From: Lytechinus pictus | Lineage: Eukaryota | DNA: 64,000 nucleotides | Direction: 5' to 3' | NCBI RefSeq assembly: GCF_037042905.1 | Contig: NC_087250.1 | Coordinates: forward strand, 19,594,001-19,658,000 | Shown: in pieces, positions 51,101 to 63,759 of the stretch | Layout: each line of letters starts with the position of its first letter | How positions within the stretch are numbered: position 1 is the stretch's first letter | Notes under the pieces: model-generated | What the model saw: the letters and a program-made list of their open reading frames with translations, nothing else | Databases searched by the model: none | Told to the model about the DNA's origin: nothing | Position numbers and translations under genes: made by a program

Positions 51101-54100
51101 ATATTTTTTACAGCTCCCTATTTATATATATTGTCTCCTAGTCTAGATCTAAACGTTAAGTCATCCCACAAAGAATGCACACACTGTCTTAGTGGAAGGA
51201 AGTAAAAAGACGCCGTGTGTATACTGTGAGTGATTGTAGGGTTTAATAATAATAACTACCAACGTCAAGATCATCGACGGATCCAGGGGGGGCACATCTA
51301 GCCCGTGCCCCCCCCCACCCCCTTGAGAGGCACCAATCTTTTAGTTAAAAATGCGTGAAATGTATAGGAATGTGAGGACTGTTTTTTTTATTGTCAACTT
51401 GTTCTCATGGAACAAAATGACATCGATTTGATAGTAGAGACCCTTTTTTTGCATGCATGTCAATTATTTCCTGGAATGGCCTCGACTTGGTGGTGAAGAT
51501 TTTATCATTATTAATTAAGTATTATTATTTTTTTTTTTGGGGGGGGTCGTTGTCAAAGCTTTCTTGTACAAAATGCCCCCTTTTTGGGATATCCTGGATC
51601 CGCCCATAGGTCCAGATCTCGACTACTTGCCTGCGTAATCTAGGTCTATATCGAGGATGTTGGCTTCTTCCCCAACGTGGACGATCTCTTCCCTTGTGTC
51701 GGGGTCGTTGCCTATCCATGAATCAGTGTCCCTGGACCAAATTTTCACTCTATCCGTCCATAAAACCCGTCTAAATAAAGATAACAATGACATAGAAAAC
51801 TTTGCTAATATGGAGTTTTCGCATACGCTACAAATTCAAGAACACGGTACTATATTCAAGATGCCCATCAAAGGACAATGAGCAGCTGGGAGGTCTTTGT
51901 CTAAAAGTGGTAAACCGCTACAACAGATACGTCCTAAGCACTGGCGTAAATCCCGGGGGGGGGGATGGGGGGGGGGGGATATATCCCCCCCACTTTTCGA
52001 GGAGGGGGGGGGGATGGCCTGTACAAACACCCCCCCCCCCACTTTTTACGAAAGAAATGAAAAAAAAATCACAAGAGATAATTGTTTTATTGGTGAAATT
52101 TCTTCCAAAAATACTGCTTAACAAATAAAATAATATTATTGAATCATAAAATGCAAATAAAGAGCCAGTTCACCATTTCCAAACGAAATACTTATGTCCT
52201 TATTATAACATTGAAGAGAACCCCCCGTTTCTTCAAATTCATCAATGTTGGGGTCTTTGGGAAGGGATTAAGATGGAATGACAATTTTTTTTAACCATTA
52301 AACCATCATGGGGTAAAAAAGATGATAATATTGGAGGGGTATTTGCCATATGGACATACAGTGGCGTAACTACGGGGGACATGGGGGGCACATCACCCCC
52401 CCCCCCCCATCGGCTGACCAAAAAAAAAAAAACGGGGAAAGGGGGAAAGGAGAAAAGAGGGAGAAAGGAAGAGAAACATAGTGGGAAAGAAGAAAATATT
52501 ATTCATTATAATGTTATATTATAATTATGTTAAGTTACATTACATAAGAAACATTTTTATCATAACTTTATGAAACATAATTTGCCCAGGGCCTACGTCT
52601 TCATTGTTCCTGGTGCTCGCATTGTCTGTTTAACGAGATATATAATCATGTTGTACTAAAACATCCCGTTTTCAAGTCAATATAAACCAAATATATTTCC
52701 TAGCACTTGAGTTATCATTGTTTTATGTAGTGACATGTGCTTCTTTTTTATGACTCAAAAGTGATTGCCCCATGTTAAGGTCTTCGTATATATGAAACAT
52801 TTCCTGTCCGTGATTACGTTCGCATTAGTGGATTGGTGAGATATGTCTGCTCTTCATGAATTCCTAAGATCAGTCCTTAAAATGTCCCTTCTTCTGATCT
52901 GAATATCAAAAATTTTCAGCTCGCGCTTCGCGCTCGCATCATTTGGTTAATGAAATACGTATGGTCCTAGTTAATTCCTACAAAGAAACCTTAGAATGCC
53001 CCACTTCAGGTCTGAAATATCTAAGTTTTCAGCTCGCGCTTCGCGCTCGCATTGTTAAGCGAGACAGGTACCTATCATGATTACACAAATTGGATTATAA
53101 TGTCCCTTTTTAGGTGTGAATAAAAAAAAAATTCAGCTCGCGCTTCGCGCTCGCATTATTTGATCAGTGAGATACATATCCGTTTAATGACATTGTCCTT
53201 AAAATGTCTCTACTAGGTCACTCACTCAGTCATTCAAAAATTTTGCTGGTGCCCCCCCCCCCCAATGCCGTGACCCACAGTACGCCACTGTGGACATATC
53301 GATGACAATTCCTTGCATATCTAAAAACATGATTGCAAAAAAATGCCAAAATATTTCAGTCATCCCCCCACCCATCAACACTGATTTACGCCAGTGGTCC
53401 TAAGTTTACCAGCTGACGAAAAATTACAGATTTGTCGTTTGCCCCGAGTCCAGGACGAAATTGCCGTTTCGATTCACAAATTTTCGACAAATACCTCTTG
53501 TTTTGTAATGAAGGGCATTTTTGACAAAACATTTTCTCTGCTCTTGAAAGCGTTCTGGGTCGCCGAGCAAAAGCCCCATAATAGTACCACACCAACGAAC
53601 GTAGAGGGCAGCAACACACCTCAATTGCATTGGAGTCAATTCTTTTTATTTCATTTCCATTCAAAAAACATAATACAAAGTAATATAAAGTAATACAAAT
53701 CAAGTACAATTTTACAGAAGGGCATTCTTACTTCGTAAAAAAAAACAAAACAGAAAAAACAGTATAATATAGAGCATAAATGGAAATGAGGGGGAAATGA
53801 GGAGTCATACCATGGAAGCAGACAAGGTTAAACCATGGACCTACTAGCAAATGGTTAAACACATAACTTATTTGTCCCATGGAGTCTACATTTCTTGAAT
53901 AGGTAGTTTTCGCATTCGCTATGGGGAAACTCCCTACAACGCATTGATTTTTTTGAAATTGCAATTAAATTCACAATGGAGAGCTGAGAGTCTTTTATCT
54001 AAAGTTGGTGGACTGGGACAGTACTTCATCCGAAGATTTACACCCGACGAGCAATTGCAAATATGTCGTTGTCCAGAGTCAAGAGATCCCGATGCTGTCC

Positions 54101-57100
54101 CGGTAGTTTGATAAGTGTTTAAGAATTCGATATAGATATAGATCTAAGCCTATAAGACCCATGTAACTTTGTAAGGGTACCGGTAATTTGAGGATGCTAT
54201 TTCATTCTGGGCAACGTGAATGCTAACGATCCACGCGCATGCGTACTTTTATTCCGAAGACGCAAGTCATGAATATTTATAATGTTGGTCCAGAACTGTT
54301 GTGGGAAAAAAAATTCGCGTCCCGGTCCACCAACGAAAGCCTCTCAGCTCTCTATTGTGATTTGACTTGCATTTTCAAAGCAATTGGTGCGTTGTAGAAA
54401 GTTTCCCCGTAGTAAATTCGAAAAGTCCGGACTTATACAGTCGGTGCGGCTATACAGAAAACGATGTGCTTCTTCATGATTGAAATTTGTCATTTCTCAG
54501 TGCAGACCGGAACCTTTGCAGTTGAGCTTTAAGAGAGTTGTGAGATGGACATTCTACTTAATGGCCCGTATTCTGAGTCGGGTTTAAAGTTGTGGTTTAA
54601 GTATGGATAGCCAATTGTTACAAAAATCACTAACAGTAGAGATATCATATTTCAGCTCATTTGGCTCTCAAATCATTCATAATTGTCTAAAAAGTATCAT
54701 TAGATGATTGTCTTCACCATAGAAGAATCAGGAAAGAGCACAGTAAATATAAGAAACATATAACTTAATAAAAAAATTGACACTTTTGGCTTCCCGTAAT
54801 TTTAGCACAGAGTTAGACCGTGGTCTGAGTTAAACCTGACTTCAGAATACGGGCCTATGTGTTGGAAAACTGTTCAAATCCGATTTTACTTTACAGAGTT
54901 TTCGATCAACAACGCACGGCGGATTCAAATGGCCTTCATGACAATGGACAACTAAATGTCTTTAGGGAAAATCGGTAAATCCAAACTATAGTTTTATCTT
55001 GGACTCTGTACAAACGACATATTTATATGCACAATTTGCGGCAGCTCCGAAACGTAGGAGGAAACTGCTTTTTCTGTTCAACAAAATTCGACAAAGACCT
55101 CTGAACCGTTCATTGTCATTTGGACTGACATTTTCAATAATTTACTGATGACATCTTGTAAGCGTGAGAGAGGTAATACACTGCAAAAACTCCGGTGTTG
55201 ATTTAACACCAGCCCGGAATCTATATCTGTCCACACCAGAGAAGTATTGAAATAACACCAGTTTGGAATCAAACCGATGCTGGTTTAATATTAATTAGTG
55301 TTATATAAACACATATCTGGTGTTAGACCAAAACCAAACTGGTGTTGTTTAACACTTCTCTGGTGTGGACATATATAGATTCCGGGCTGGTGATAAATCA
55401 ACACCGGAGTTTTTGCAGTGTATGAATGAAGTTAGATGAATAAGTTTCTCTGATCCTTATAGAACAGTATTACACTGCAAAAAACGCCGGCGTTAATTTA
55501 ACACCAGCCTGGTATCGGTCCAGATCGGAGGTTAACCAACACCGGTTTGGCGTTAGGCTTAACCAACACCAATTTGGCATTTAAGCAAAACCAAGATGTT
55601 AAACCAATATCGGTCTGATTCTTAACTGGTGTTGTTTCTCTGGTATTTTCCGATATACATGTAGATATCGGGATGGTGTTAAATCAACACCGGTGTTTTT
55701 GCAGTATAGCATAGTATAGCATGTTGGGACTACATGACACTACACATTAGTTTATTTTATATTGTATAGAGATGATACAAATATACCAGGCGTTTCATTT
55801 GAAAGCATAGTGGGAATTATTAATCCTCGGTTGGACTGGCAAAACTACTATATTTCCCTCGGGGCTTCGCCCCTCGGGAAAAATAGTAATTGCCAGACCA
55901 ACCTCGGATAAATAATTCCATTATACTTTCTCAAAGCCTGACATATTTGTTTATTGTATACTAAAAGTCGGGTCGTAAGGTGTGCGGTGGCCTTAAACAT
56001 CCCCAGGTCTTAGAGAATGACTGTATATATTGAACATTTAATAAACAATTCACACCTTTGCTTTCCAGAATGTTTGAAGCCTTCCTGTTTTGATTTCTTA
56101 CTTTTTATTTATTTATTTATTATTATTATTATTTATTTTTTTTGGGGGACGCGTCACATTTTAACGCTTATACCTGGTGATTTTGTCGTATTTAACGCCG
56201 CCCGCGTAATATGTGCTCCGATCGTATAGTCCTTTTATCACTGCGGCATTTGGTCCTCCGTCAGTGACGTCAGCTTTGCGAAGTTCGGGATAAGCAATAA
56301 ACCATTGATTAGAAAAGTACAGTGTATGGCAAGATTCGTCTAGATCCATCGTCCACACAGCTGCGGGAGAAAAAAAGACCGAAGTGAGAAACAACGAACA
56401 GCAATTAACACCTTGCAGTGTTGACGCCATCTATGTATATGTTTGTAAGTATTTGCTCGGGCTATTCTATCATAAACTCACATTTTCTCTTTAGCAATCA
56501 TTGAAAGGCACATTATTAAGATTCTAGAATTGCTTGTTTTATTTCTGCAACAGGCCCCTGTGTTAGTTACAGCGGAAGTAGACAATCATGCACCACCACC
56601 ACCACCATCATCGTGATCATGATCATGATCATCACCACCACCACCATCATCATCATCACCACCACCACCACCATCATCCTCATCATCACCACCGCCACCA
56701 CCACCACCATCATTATCATCATGCATCATCACCACCACCACAATCATCATCGTCATCATCATCACCACCACCACCACCATCATCATCACCACCACCATCA
56801 TCATCATCATCCCCACCACCACCATCATCATCATCACCACCACCACCACCACCACCATCATCATCACCACCACCACCACCATCATCATCACCACCACCAC
56901 CACCATCATCGTCATCACCACCATCACCATCATCATCACCCTTATCATCATCATCACCACTATACCACAACCATCACTACCACCACCATCATCACCACCA
57001 CCACTACCACCATCATCATCACCACCGCCAACGTCTTCTTCCTTCTCCTCCTCCTTTTCATCAATGAAGTCACAATTGTCTTCATAATGGTCATGCCACG

Positions 57101-59941
57101 CACTGCCACCTTGAAGGTGAAATCCCCCCCCCCCGAAAAACTGCATGTTGATGTGTATAAATAGAGAAAATAAAAATAGTATAACCCTGAAAATTTCATC
57201 AAAATCGGATGTAGAATAATATTTTTTTTCTATATCTTCAAAGTTATAATGAAATTTCACAAACTTAACCTTGGTTAAGATTTCAAGGTTGTATGACACG
57301 ATTTGTATGATTTCAAGGTTGTTATATCGACACTGCCGTCGCCTCCGCCGGAAAAGTGGCCCCTTTCGTCCTGCCCTGCTATTTAGGCGAGACAAAAATT
57401 AGTAATTGATAATCCAATAACTTAAGTAATGTAGATTGAAAGAGTAGTTTAAAGAATGCTAATTCAATCGTTTTATTCATATATTTTCTATGTTTTGGGA
57501 TATAGATATTCCTATAAAGTTAATGTTACGGTTACGGTAACGGAAAATGAAATATCAGACCAGAAGCGGATCTAGAGGGGGGTTGGGGGGGTTGCAACCC
57601 CCCCCAAAAAAAAAAATCCGGGGACCATTTTTTAAAATCTTATCTTTTAATGCAACTTAATTTTACAAATTTTCATGGGGGTTAATTTGGCAACGACCTC
57701 TATACCAAAAAGAGTGGTGTTTTAGATGCAAGAAAACGCCATTTTCACACACAGATTTTCAAAAATTTTCCCTACTGTGGGAGGGGGGACACCCCCCTCC
57801 CACACCCTCCCCCCTCGCTCGCTCCGCTCGCTTGGACTCGGTCGCTACGCTCCCTCGCATACCACCCCAACCCCCCCTTTATAAAAAGCTGGATCCGCCC
57901 CTGCAGACCTATTTGTGAATATCGCCACAGGTAGATTTACGTTTAGCACCAATTCATTCGCAGAAATAGCAAGAAGATCGAACTCTACAAATTTAAAGTA
58001 AACATAATCCTAATATCGTGACGAATATCGCACTGATTAAATTTATGTGCAATATAGATGTAATATTGTGCGCTGTTTGTTTTTTTCTAGCCAGAAATGC
58101 GCATCCGATAAATGTACATTGTTATCTTCTTTGTTTTGCTATATGTGACATGATAACAATTGTTATGTATTTATTCGGTTGGCGCTAAAATAGACGAAAG
58201 TGAGATGCGGAACACAAACATTATACCATTAATATGGGATTTGCAATCACCTAATAATCATTTGTAAATTTTGTGATTTATTTCAATTTATTATAATAAA
58301 AACAGAAATGAAAAAAAAACATTATACCATTAATAGTTTTCACAAACTTTTATTTTGAGTAAATCACGATTTATATTTCATAATAGTGCCATATATGTGT
58401 GTGTAATATTTCAAATTGAAATGCAAATCAAATAGACTTTGAATTTGAAATAAATGATCGCATCTCAAAGGGAATCAAAATCTCTTACAAATCCCGTTAA
58501 AATATCAAAATGCGTGATTTTCGACAGTTTCATATTATACGCTAAAAATAACATTTTCACGCAAAAGTGCGCTTGGCATCCGGGCCGTACGCTATTCCTG
58601 GGTATTTAGCTGGAATCCCAAGCATTAGGAAGCATTGACAAATTTTGCCGTCCAAAGTATAAAAATCGTTTTGGCCGGTCTACTATAAGAAAGTTATGAC
58701 AAGTCATTTTAAAGTTTCGCTTATTTTTCACAAAATAGTGATAAGTATAACTCAGTGACATGCAAATGAGACAGTCGATTATGTCCCTCACTCACTATTT
58801 CTTTTGTTTTTTACTGTTTGAGTTAAACAATATTTCATTTTTTTTTTAATATAGATTTGACAATAAGAACCAACTTGACTGAACCATATAGTATTAAAAG
58901 ATGTTAGTTCCACATGTTCAGGGAGGAATTAATCATTGTTTCACTTGACAATGAGGAGAAAATTAGAATATTTCATATAATAAAATGCAAAAGAAATAGT
59001 GAGTGGAAGATGTCATCAATCTCCTCATTTGCATACCGAACAGGATATGCATATATTAACTGTTTTGTGAAATTAAGCGAAACTTTAAAATGTCATAACT
59101 TTCTTATCTTACATCTGATTTTGATAAAGTTTTCAGTGTTTTATGTTTGTTGGATTTTTCTCTTTTTTCATATCAACTTTTGTTTGGATAGACTTGCCCT
59201 TTAATAACGATGACAATTATCATGGTTGATAGTATTACTGTTTTTGACCCCTGACCTCTGTCCAGTCTGTTAATGGTTCGTTGTTGTTTTTGTTTTCTTT
59301 ATGGTAATTGTTTCTGTCTTTTGTTTGTTTGTGGTTTTTTTTTCTCTCTCTCTATGTGTATGTTTTTTTGTTTATTTCTCCCTTTTGTTGTTGGTGTTGG
59401 TGTGTTAGTTTGTTCAGCTTCGGGGTCTGATGGGGGGGGGGGGGGGGGCTCATGGGGTGGGAGAATGCTCATTTACACATTCATTCATTCTTTCAGTTTG
59501 CGTAGCTGTTACGTTATGTCTTTTTATATTGCTTTTGCTGCATTCATTACTAGTAGTTGTTGGAACGTTATTTTTGCATGATTTCGGATTATGTCTCTGT
59601 TCTCATGCATGGTTCTGATACAATTTGACTGCTATGTTTATTACAGCGTAATTTAATTTGTGTATTCACAACTGCAATTATCATTTTTGTTTTATATTTT
59701 CTTTATTATGTATGTATGAATTTTATTTGAATGAATAATAAAGATTACTACACAACAATTTTTTGTTTATGAAACCAGAAGCGGAATTACTTACTTGATT
59801 TTACGACAATAGTTCCCGTAGTTCCGGTTGCATCTATACCAGCCTTCTGGACATCAGTTGGAAATTGGTATTGTCCCTGAGCCCAATACAACCAACGATG
59901 TCTAACGTCGTAAACAACAGACGTAACACGACGACCTGCTC
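31888..59941 (-). CDS. YWTD (LDLR class B-like) beta-propeller + 5 EGF-domain protein, 3' nine exons (about 450 aa), 5' end not found in window
   Basis: Exons 59795-59941, 56174-56360, 51631-51770, 40556-40843, 38903-39013, 37511-37645, 37014-37112, 35511-35606, 31888-32036 join in phase. Propeller motifs LYWAQ, LYFSN, VLWTD, IYWFT, MYFGD; five EGF exons including cbEGF DVDEC...CNNTYGSYFC; stop TAA after ...FFDADPQ. Confidence 0.88.
32424..32464 (+). ncRNA. Minimal hammerhead ribozyme motif, U3-A8 core variant
   Basis: TCAC-TTGATAA-a-GAGT-t-GC-agcg-GC-ACTC-GAAAGCTC-GTGA; stem I TCAC/GTGA, palindromic AGCT stem III. Confidence 0.6.
33294..33578 (+). mobile_element. tRNA-derived SINE
   Basis: A box TGGCCCAGTGG, B box GGTTCTAATCC, central ACCCAGGTGAGGTAAATGGGTACC, (ATT)n tail. 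Confidence 0.8.
33865..35180. mobile_element. Tc1/mariner-like non-autonomous element with a nested insertion at about 34624-35045
   Basis: TA|CAGTGCGTAT...ATACGCACTG|TA, TIR about 100 bp. Confidence 0.75.
35200..35502 (-). mobile_element. tRNA-derived SINE, same family as 33294
   Basis: Reverse-complement copy with A/B boxes, central domain and (ATT)n tail. Confidence 0.8.
35511..35606 (-). CDS. EGF exon 4
   Basis: VDCDINPCKIGSTCSNDLCQCPPGFKGSTCES; phase 1-1. Confidence 0.9.
35790..36395. repeat. (ATC/ACC)n microsatellite
   Basis: About 600 bp trinucleotide run. Confidence 0.95.
36513..36824. mobile_element. PIF/Harbinger-like MITE (second copy at about 54563-54855)
   Basis: ctg|GGCCCGTATTCTGAAGTC...GACTTCAGAATACGGACC|ctg; internal sequence shared with the 54.6-kb copy. 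Confidence 0.75.
37014..37112 (-). CDS. EGF exon 3
   Basis: YICDGDDACLNGGTCNNDSCACMYGFIGNNCEF; phase 1-1. Confidence 0.9.
37511..37645 (-). CDS. EGF exon 2 (calcium-binding EGF)
   Basis: DVDECLSDPFPCDLSHGVCNNTYGSYFCGCESGYWIISGIKCIEA; phase 1-1. Confidence 0.9.
37942..38336. mobile_element. TTAA-flanked non-autonomous DNA element (Kolobok-like)
   Basis: ttaa|AGCTAAATTACAGT...ACTGGAATTTACCT|ttaa. Confidence 0.65.
38903..39013 (-). CDS. EGF exon 1
   Basis: VDYCCMWTCEGGGTCVNHETEARCICTPTLNGTRCEL; phase 1-1. Confidence 0.88.
40556..40843 (-). CDS. YWTD/EGF gene exon
   Basis: ECRIYWFTAQGVIESVDFNGTDRRVHF...MYFGD...YTEF; tttacag|, |gtaagg. Confidence 0.9.
41640..42068 (+). mobile_element. 5'-truncated non-LTR retrotransposon 3' end
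   Basis: Open frame DPSCPACHAPAETVFHFVSEC (CCHC knuckle) to stop at 41981, short 3' UTR, (AAG)n tail. Confidence 0.8.
42512..42955. mobile_element. PIF/Harbinger-like MITE
   Basis: AGCCCCCATCACACTT...AAGTGTGATGGGGGCT with TWA flanks. Confidence 0.75.
43080..43286 (-). mobile_element. tRNA-headed SINE-like element
   Basis: TGGCTCAGTCGG A box and GGTTCGAGTCC B box, but anticodon and acceptor stems do not pair; 3' extent uncertain. Confidence 0.5.
43761..44020 (+). repeat. 20-bp minisatellite (TTATAAGTCGTTCCCACCAC) x13, left TIR
   Basis: Head-to-tail units with no spacers. Confidence 0.95.
46940..47240 (-). repeat. 20-bp minisatellite x15, right TIR (inverted)
   Basis: GTGGTGGGAACGACTTATAA units, reverse complement of the left array. 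Confidence 0.95.
48945..49092. repeat. (ATT)n microsatellite
   Basis: ATT/ATC run. Confidence 0.9.
50019..50604. mobile_element. TTAA-type palindromic non-autonomous element (Kolobok-like)
   Basis: AGGAGAATGAAAC...GTTTCATTCTCCT|ttaa, with long internal inverted repeat. Confidence 0.65.
51631..51770 (-). CDS. YWTD/EGF gene exon with GC donor
   Basis: RVLWTDRVKIWSRDTDSWIGNDPDTREEIVHVGEEANILDIDLDYA; tttag|, CAG|gcaagt. Confidence 0.82.
52359..53290. mobile_element. hAT-like non-autonomous element
   Basis: TIR CAGTGGCGTA/TACGCCACTG; exact 8-bp TSD TGGACATA; internal GCTCGCGCTTCGCGCTCGC repeats. Confidence 0.85.
55179..55706. mobile_element. Two adjacent CACTG MITEs
   Basis: 55179-55420 nearly identical to 31278-31520; 55473-55706 a diverged relative. 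Confidence 0.75.
56174..56360 (-). CDS. YWTD/EGF gene exon
   Basis: VWTMDLDESCHTLYFSNQWFIAYPELRKAD...GGVKYDKITR; cccgcag|, |gtataa. Confidence 0.85.
56586..57030. repeat. (ACC/ATC)n microsatellite
   Basis: About 440 bp trinucleotide run. Confidence 0.95.
59795..59941 (-). CDS. YWTD/EGF gene exon (first visible)
   Basis: AGRRVTSVVYDVRHRWLYWAQGQYQFPTDVQKAGIDATGTTGTIVVKS; ttacag|, |gtaagt. Confidence 0.82.
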
Positions 59942-60049
59942 CTGTAATTTGAAAATAAAAATAAATGAAGAAAATTTATCCCCCTAAAAGGGTGCACGAC
60001 GGACTCAAGAGATTCAATATAGTAAAGGAAAAACAAGACCCCGTCATAA

Positions 60050-63000
60050 AACCCTTTCACATTGACGAAAGACCGGGGAGTGTTTCATCAACATTTTCAT
60101 CCGACAAGTTGTCAGATCTGACATCTTTATCTGATGTTGATTGGCTGAGAGGTACTGTTACTATGGTAACTGTCGGATAAAATGGGACTTGTCGGATAAA
60201 ACGTCCGACAAGTCCTTTCATGAAACGCCCCCCTGAGGAGCGTTTCATCAATATTTTCATCCGGCAAGTTGTCAGATCTGACATCTTTCCATGATTTGGA
60301 TTGGCTGAGAGGCACTGTTCCTATGGCGACTGTCGGATAAAATTGGACTTGTCGAATAAAACGTCCGACAAGTCCTTTCATGAAACGCCCCACTGTTTGC
60401 GACTGCCTGCAACAGTTTTTTCTTGTTGCACGATCGATCTCTTGGTGTCTTGCGAGCACTCGAGGTCGTTGTAGACGATCGCACGAACTCGAGGTGCATG
60501 GTCGTGACTGAACTTTGAAGACGTTCAAAATCCAAACGCGATCAAATACGATTGATTCACTCGCATCAGATCGTACCATATCGGTCTGGGGCCCGTTTCT
60601 CAACACCTGGGCTGCGTTTATGCGACCTCAAGCCAGAATCATGATTTGAATCATGATTTGAATCATGATTCAAAACACAAACATGAATCACAGAATCAGC
60701 GTTTAGACGACCTTCATTCCAATGCTGTTTCTCCTCAGATTCGGGCCAATCCAGTGCGCATCACTAGTGCGCAGTTTGACAGAGGAAGTTTTTCGCACGT
60801 GTTTCGGCTCTCGAAAAATCTTTTGCTTCCAGAATTCAGTCTATACCTCATTTTGTTTACTTCTATCATATAGGGTCCATATGCTTCTATTCATCTTGTT
60901 AGTTTATCCAAAATGGTGTTCGGAAGTGAATTTCAGCGTAGATCCAATTTAATATGTATTGATCCCATATTGATACTGTATACTCAACAACAACTGAGAT
61001 CATTGTCTGTCCAGTTAATTCATTTAGTTTTATACTAGAACTTGAAGTTGAAGACATGACCAAAAAATGAAAAGTAGTGGACGATGCGATGACCAACACA
61101 GAACTTGAACATGACAAGAAATGAATGCGTAGTACATAATCATGTACATACAATGAGCATATAGAGCGCCTTGAGCTTGGCCAGAGTCAAACCGAAAGTA
61201 GCCCGACACAACAGTGAGGTCATAGAATCATGATTGTAATCACGATATCGTTTATTCGAACATTTTCGTACGTGATTCTGCAGAAACGTCTTTCCAAACG
61301 CCCCTTTTTTCGTGTTTCATGTTTGTGATTCTAATCATGATTATATTCAATTTCGACTAAACGCAATCGTGATTCTGCAGAATCATGATTTGAATCATGA
61401 TTCAGATCATGATTCTAGGGTAAAAAAGTGGCGGATAAACGCACCCCTGGACAAGTTAGTCATATCTTTATCCACCAACCACGGAGTTAGTTCCAATCTT
61501 ACTAAACCTGTTTCTCGAAAGGCTTCCTAACTAGAATACCTTGATATCGATACTATCGGTAAAAAGAGCAGACGAGACGTAGCCTTAGTCACAAAATAGC
61601 ATAATTTTTGAAAAGCAAAAATGTGATAAAACTGCAATTATTGTGATTAATTTGGAAATACATCTAATAAAAATAATAGCAGAGGCAAAATATGAACCAT
61701 GCATACTTAAACCATGAAGACTTGAGCATCTAATTGCTGAGAAAAATCAAATTATGAATATATAATTTCATGACTAAAAAATGAGATGGGTATCCCCGGG
61801 ATAGTAAATTTTGATAGTTTACGAAAGTAAACCACAATTGTTATCTTTGTAAAATAATGATAATTATACGTTTATTTATGGTTCCAAACATCATCAAAAT
61901 ATAGTTTAAATTAATTTTTTTTAATTTTTTACATACCGAAACACACGATTTGACAAATTCTTTGCATAAATTAGAGATAGAATTTATCAAAAATGTTGAT
62001 AAGTGTTTGAAAACGACGAATACGAGTCCAGTTATGGATGACCTGCCGTGGTAGAATCTTTATCGATTCAATTACTTTACTATTTTAAAATGAGTGGTTT
62101 TGTTGCGTTTTACCAACAGTTTTGATAGTTTCTGTGCATAACAATTATTATTGAATGATCTATCACACCTGTTTTGCAATGTAATTTCAACTTCTATGAA
62201 TGATTACGTAAGATTACAATTTTCAAATTTCGAGGCAATTTTGCATGTCATAGTCTACCCACGTGATGCCACTACGTCATTAAGAAAGAAGTTATGACAG
62301 GTTCGGAGGTGTCATAAATATTTAGTGAGGTTGTTGTACCCGATCTTGGTAAAGAGGGCTTCGAAACGGTTAGCGGACAAGTAGCTCACTATCTCCGATT
62401 TAGTCAAGAAGTTAGACTTATGACGGTGTTGAGAAACGGGCCCCAGGAGATCATCGTGTGAGTGTTGTTCAACGTTGTACGATCGACTTGATACGAGGGG
62501 TGGCACAACTAAATAGTCGCATTTAGTCGACTGGAGGTCGTACAACACTTGCACATGTGCTATATACAGATCAGTCTTGTGACTGGGTGCGATAATAATA
62601 GGTCAAAAATAAGACTGTTGCAAGACCGATCGCAACACGGCTTATATACATTTCACTGCCGTTGCATTCGCATGTATGCGACCTTTCCTCGGTGTTATAA
62701 AATAGGAGTTAAGAATAAATAAAAGAGAGGGCAGAAAATATAAGAAAAAGTGTAATATAAACTGCACGAAATTAAAAGGGCAAGATAATTAAGTTAATAT
62801 TTTCGTCTTTTAAAACATAAATCAAACTTTTCCGAAATAAAACCAAGAGAAAATAGGATAAAGGGAATTCCTCCCTCAAAAAAAAAGCCCGCATACTGAA
62901 TTTGGGTTTAAAGTAAACTCTTCTGAGATTGTGGTCTTATTATGGATAGCTAATTGTTACGTAAATCTGTTATGTTGCAGGTTTACTTTATTAGCTCATT

Positions 63001-63468
63001 CAAACAAAAGGATATGTACATACGCGCACCTAGCTCATTGCAGATTGGACGACAGCCCACTGGAACCCCCAAGCTATGGCTGCTATTACATTGCTCTGAG
63101 TTTGAATTGGTCTATACCTCACATCAATCACAAGAACACTCGCACTGGTTTCATTCAAACGTACGAGCAATCCCATTGTCTCACGTCGACTCTCACGACT
63201 ATGCAATCAATCGTGCAACTATTGAGACTGATATGAAACCACTCGCAATCCATCGTGCAACACTCGCATGTGATCGCACGACCACCGCACGAGCATTTGT
63301 GACTTACTCGTGCAACGGGGTTTACTGGTTGTTTTTGTTGTACGACAGCTGTTGCAACTGTGAAAGCCTCTGTGCGATCTTATGAGATGACTAGCGATTG
63401 ATGCCTGTTGCAGCCTGTCGCACGACCAAAAGGTCGCAAATGGTCGTACGTCAATTGTGAAAGGGGCT
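60050..63468. mobile_element. Nested cluster of PIF/Harbinger-like elements
   Basis: Outer TIR CCCTTTCACATTGACG / CGTCAATTGTGAAAGGG; contains tandem MITEs 60076-60232 and 60236-60392, and element 60589-62443, which itself contains 60610-61446. Confidence 0.7.
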
Positions 63469-63759
63469 TTACAAAGAGTTACGATTGATCCGATCAACCA
63501 CAACTATGGAGAGCCAGCAACGTCAACATCTAAATTGCATGCCTTAAAAAAAGGTCTAGATATGCATATTCAATCATTCATTCATCATTTTCTTCAAATT
63601 CAGTTTGTTCTCTTTGTTTACAAAGGACGTTGTGCAAAAATTTCCTGTAGAAAAAAAATTATGACATAGTTGGATTTCCATACAGTTAAGGTTGATCCGA
63701 TCAATCGTAACTAAGACAGGGCCCTGAATATAATTCACCAGTAAGACCAATGAGACCAG

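Noticed and set aside
56586..57395. Poly-His, Pro/Ser and Val/Met ORFs
   Set aside because: Translations of an (ACC/ATC)n microsatellite, open in several frames on both strands.
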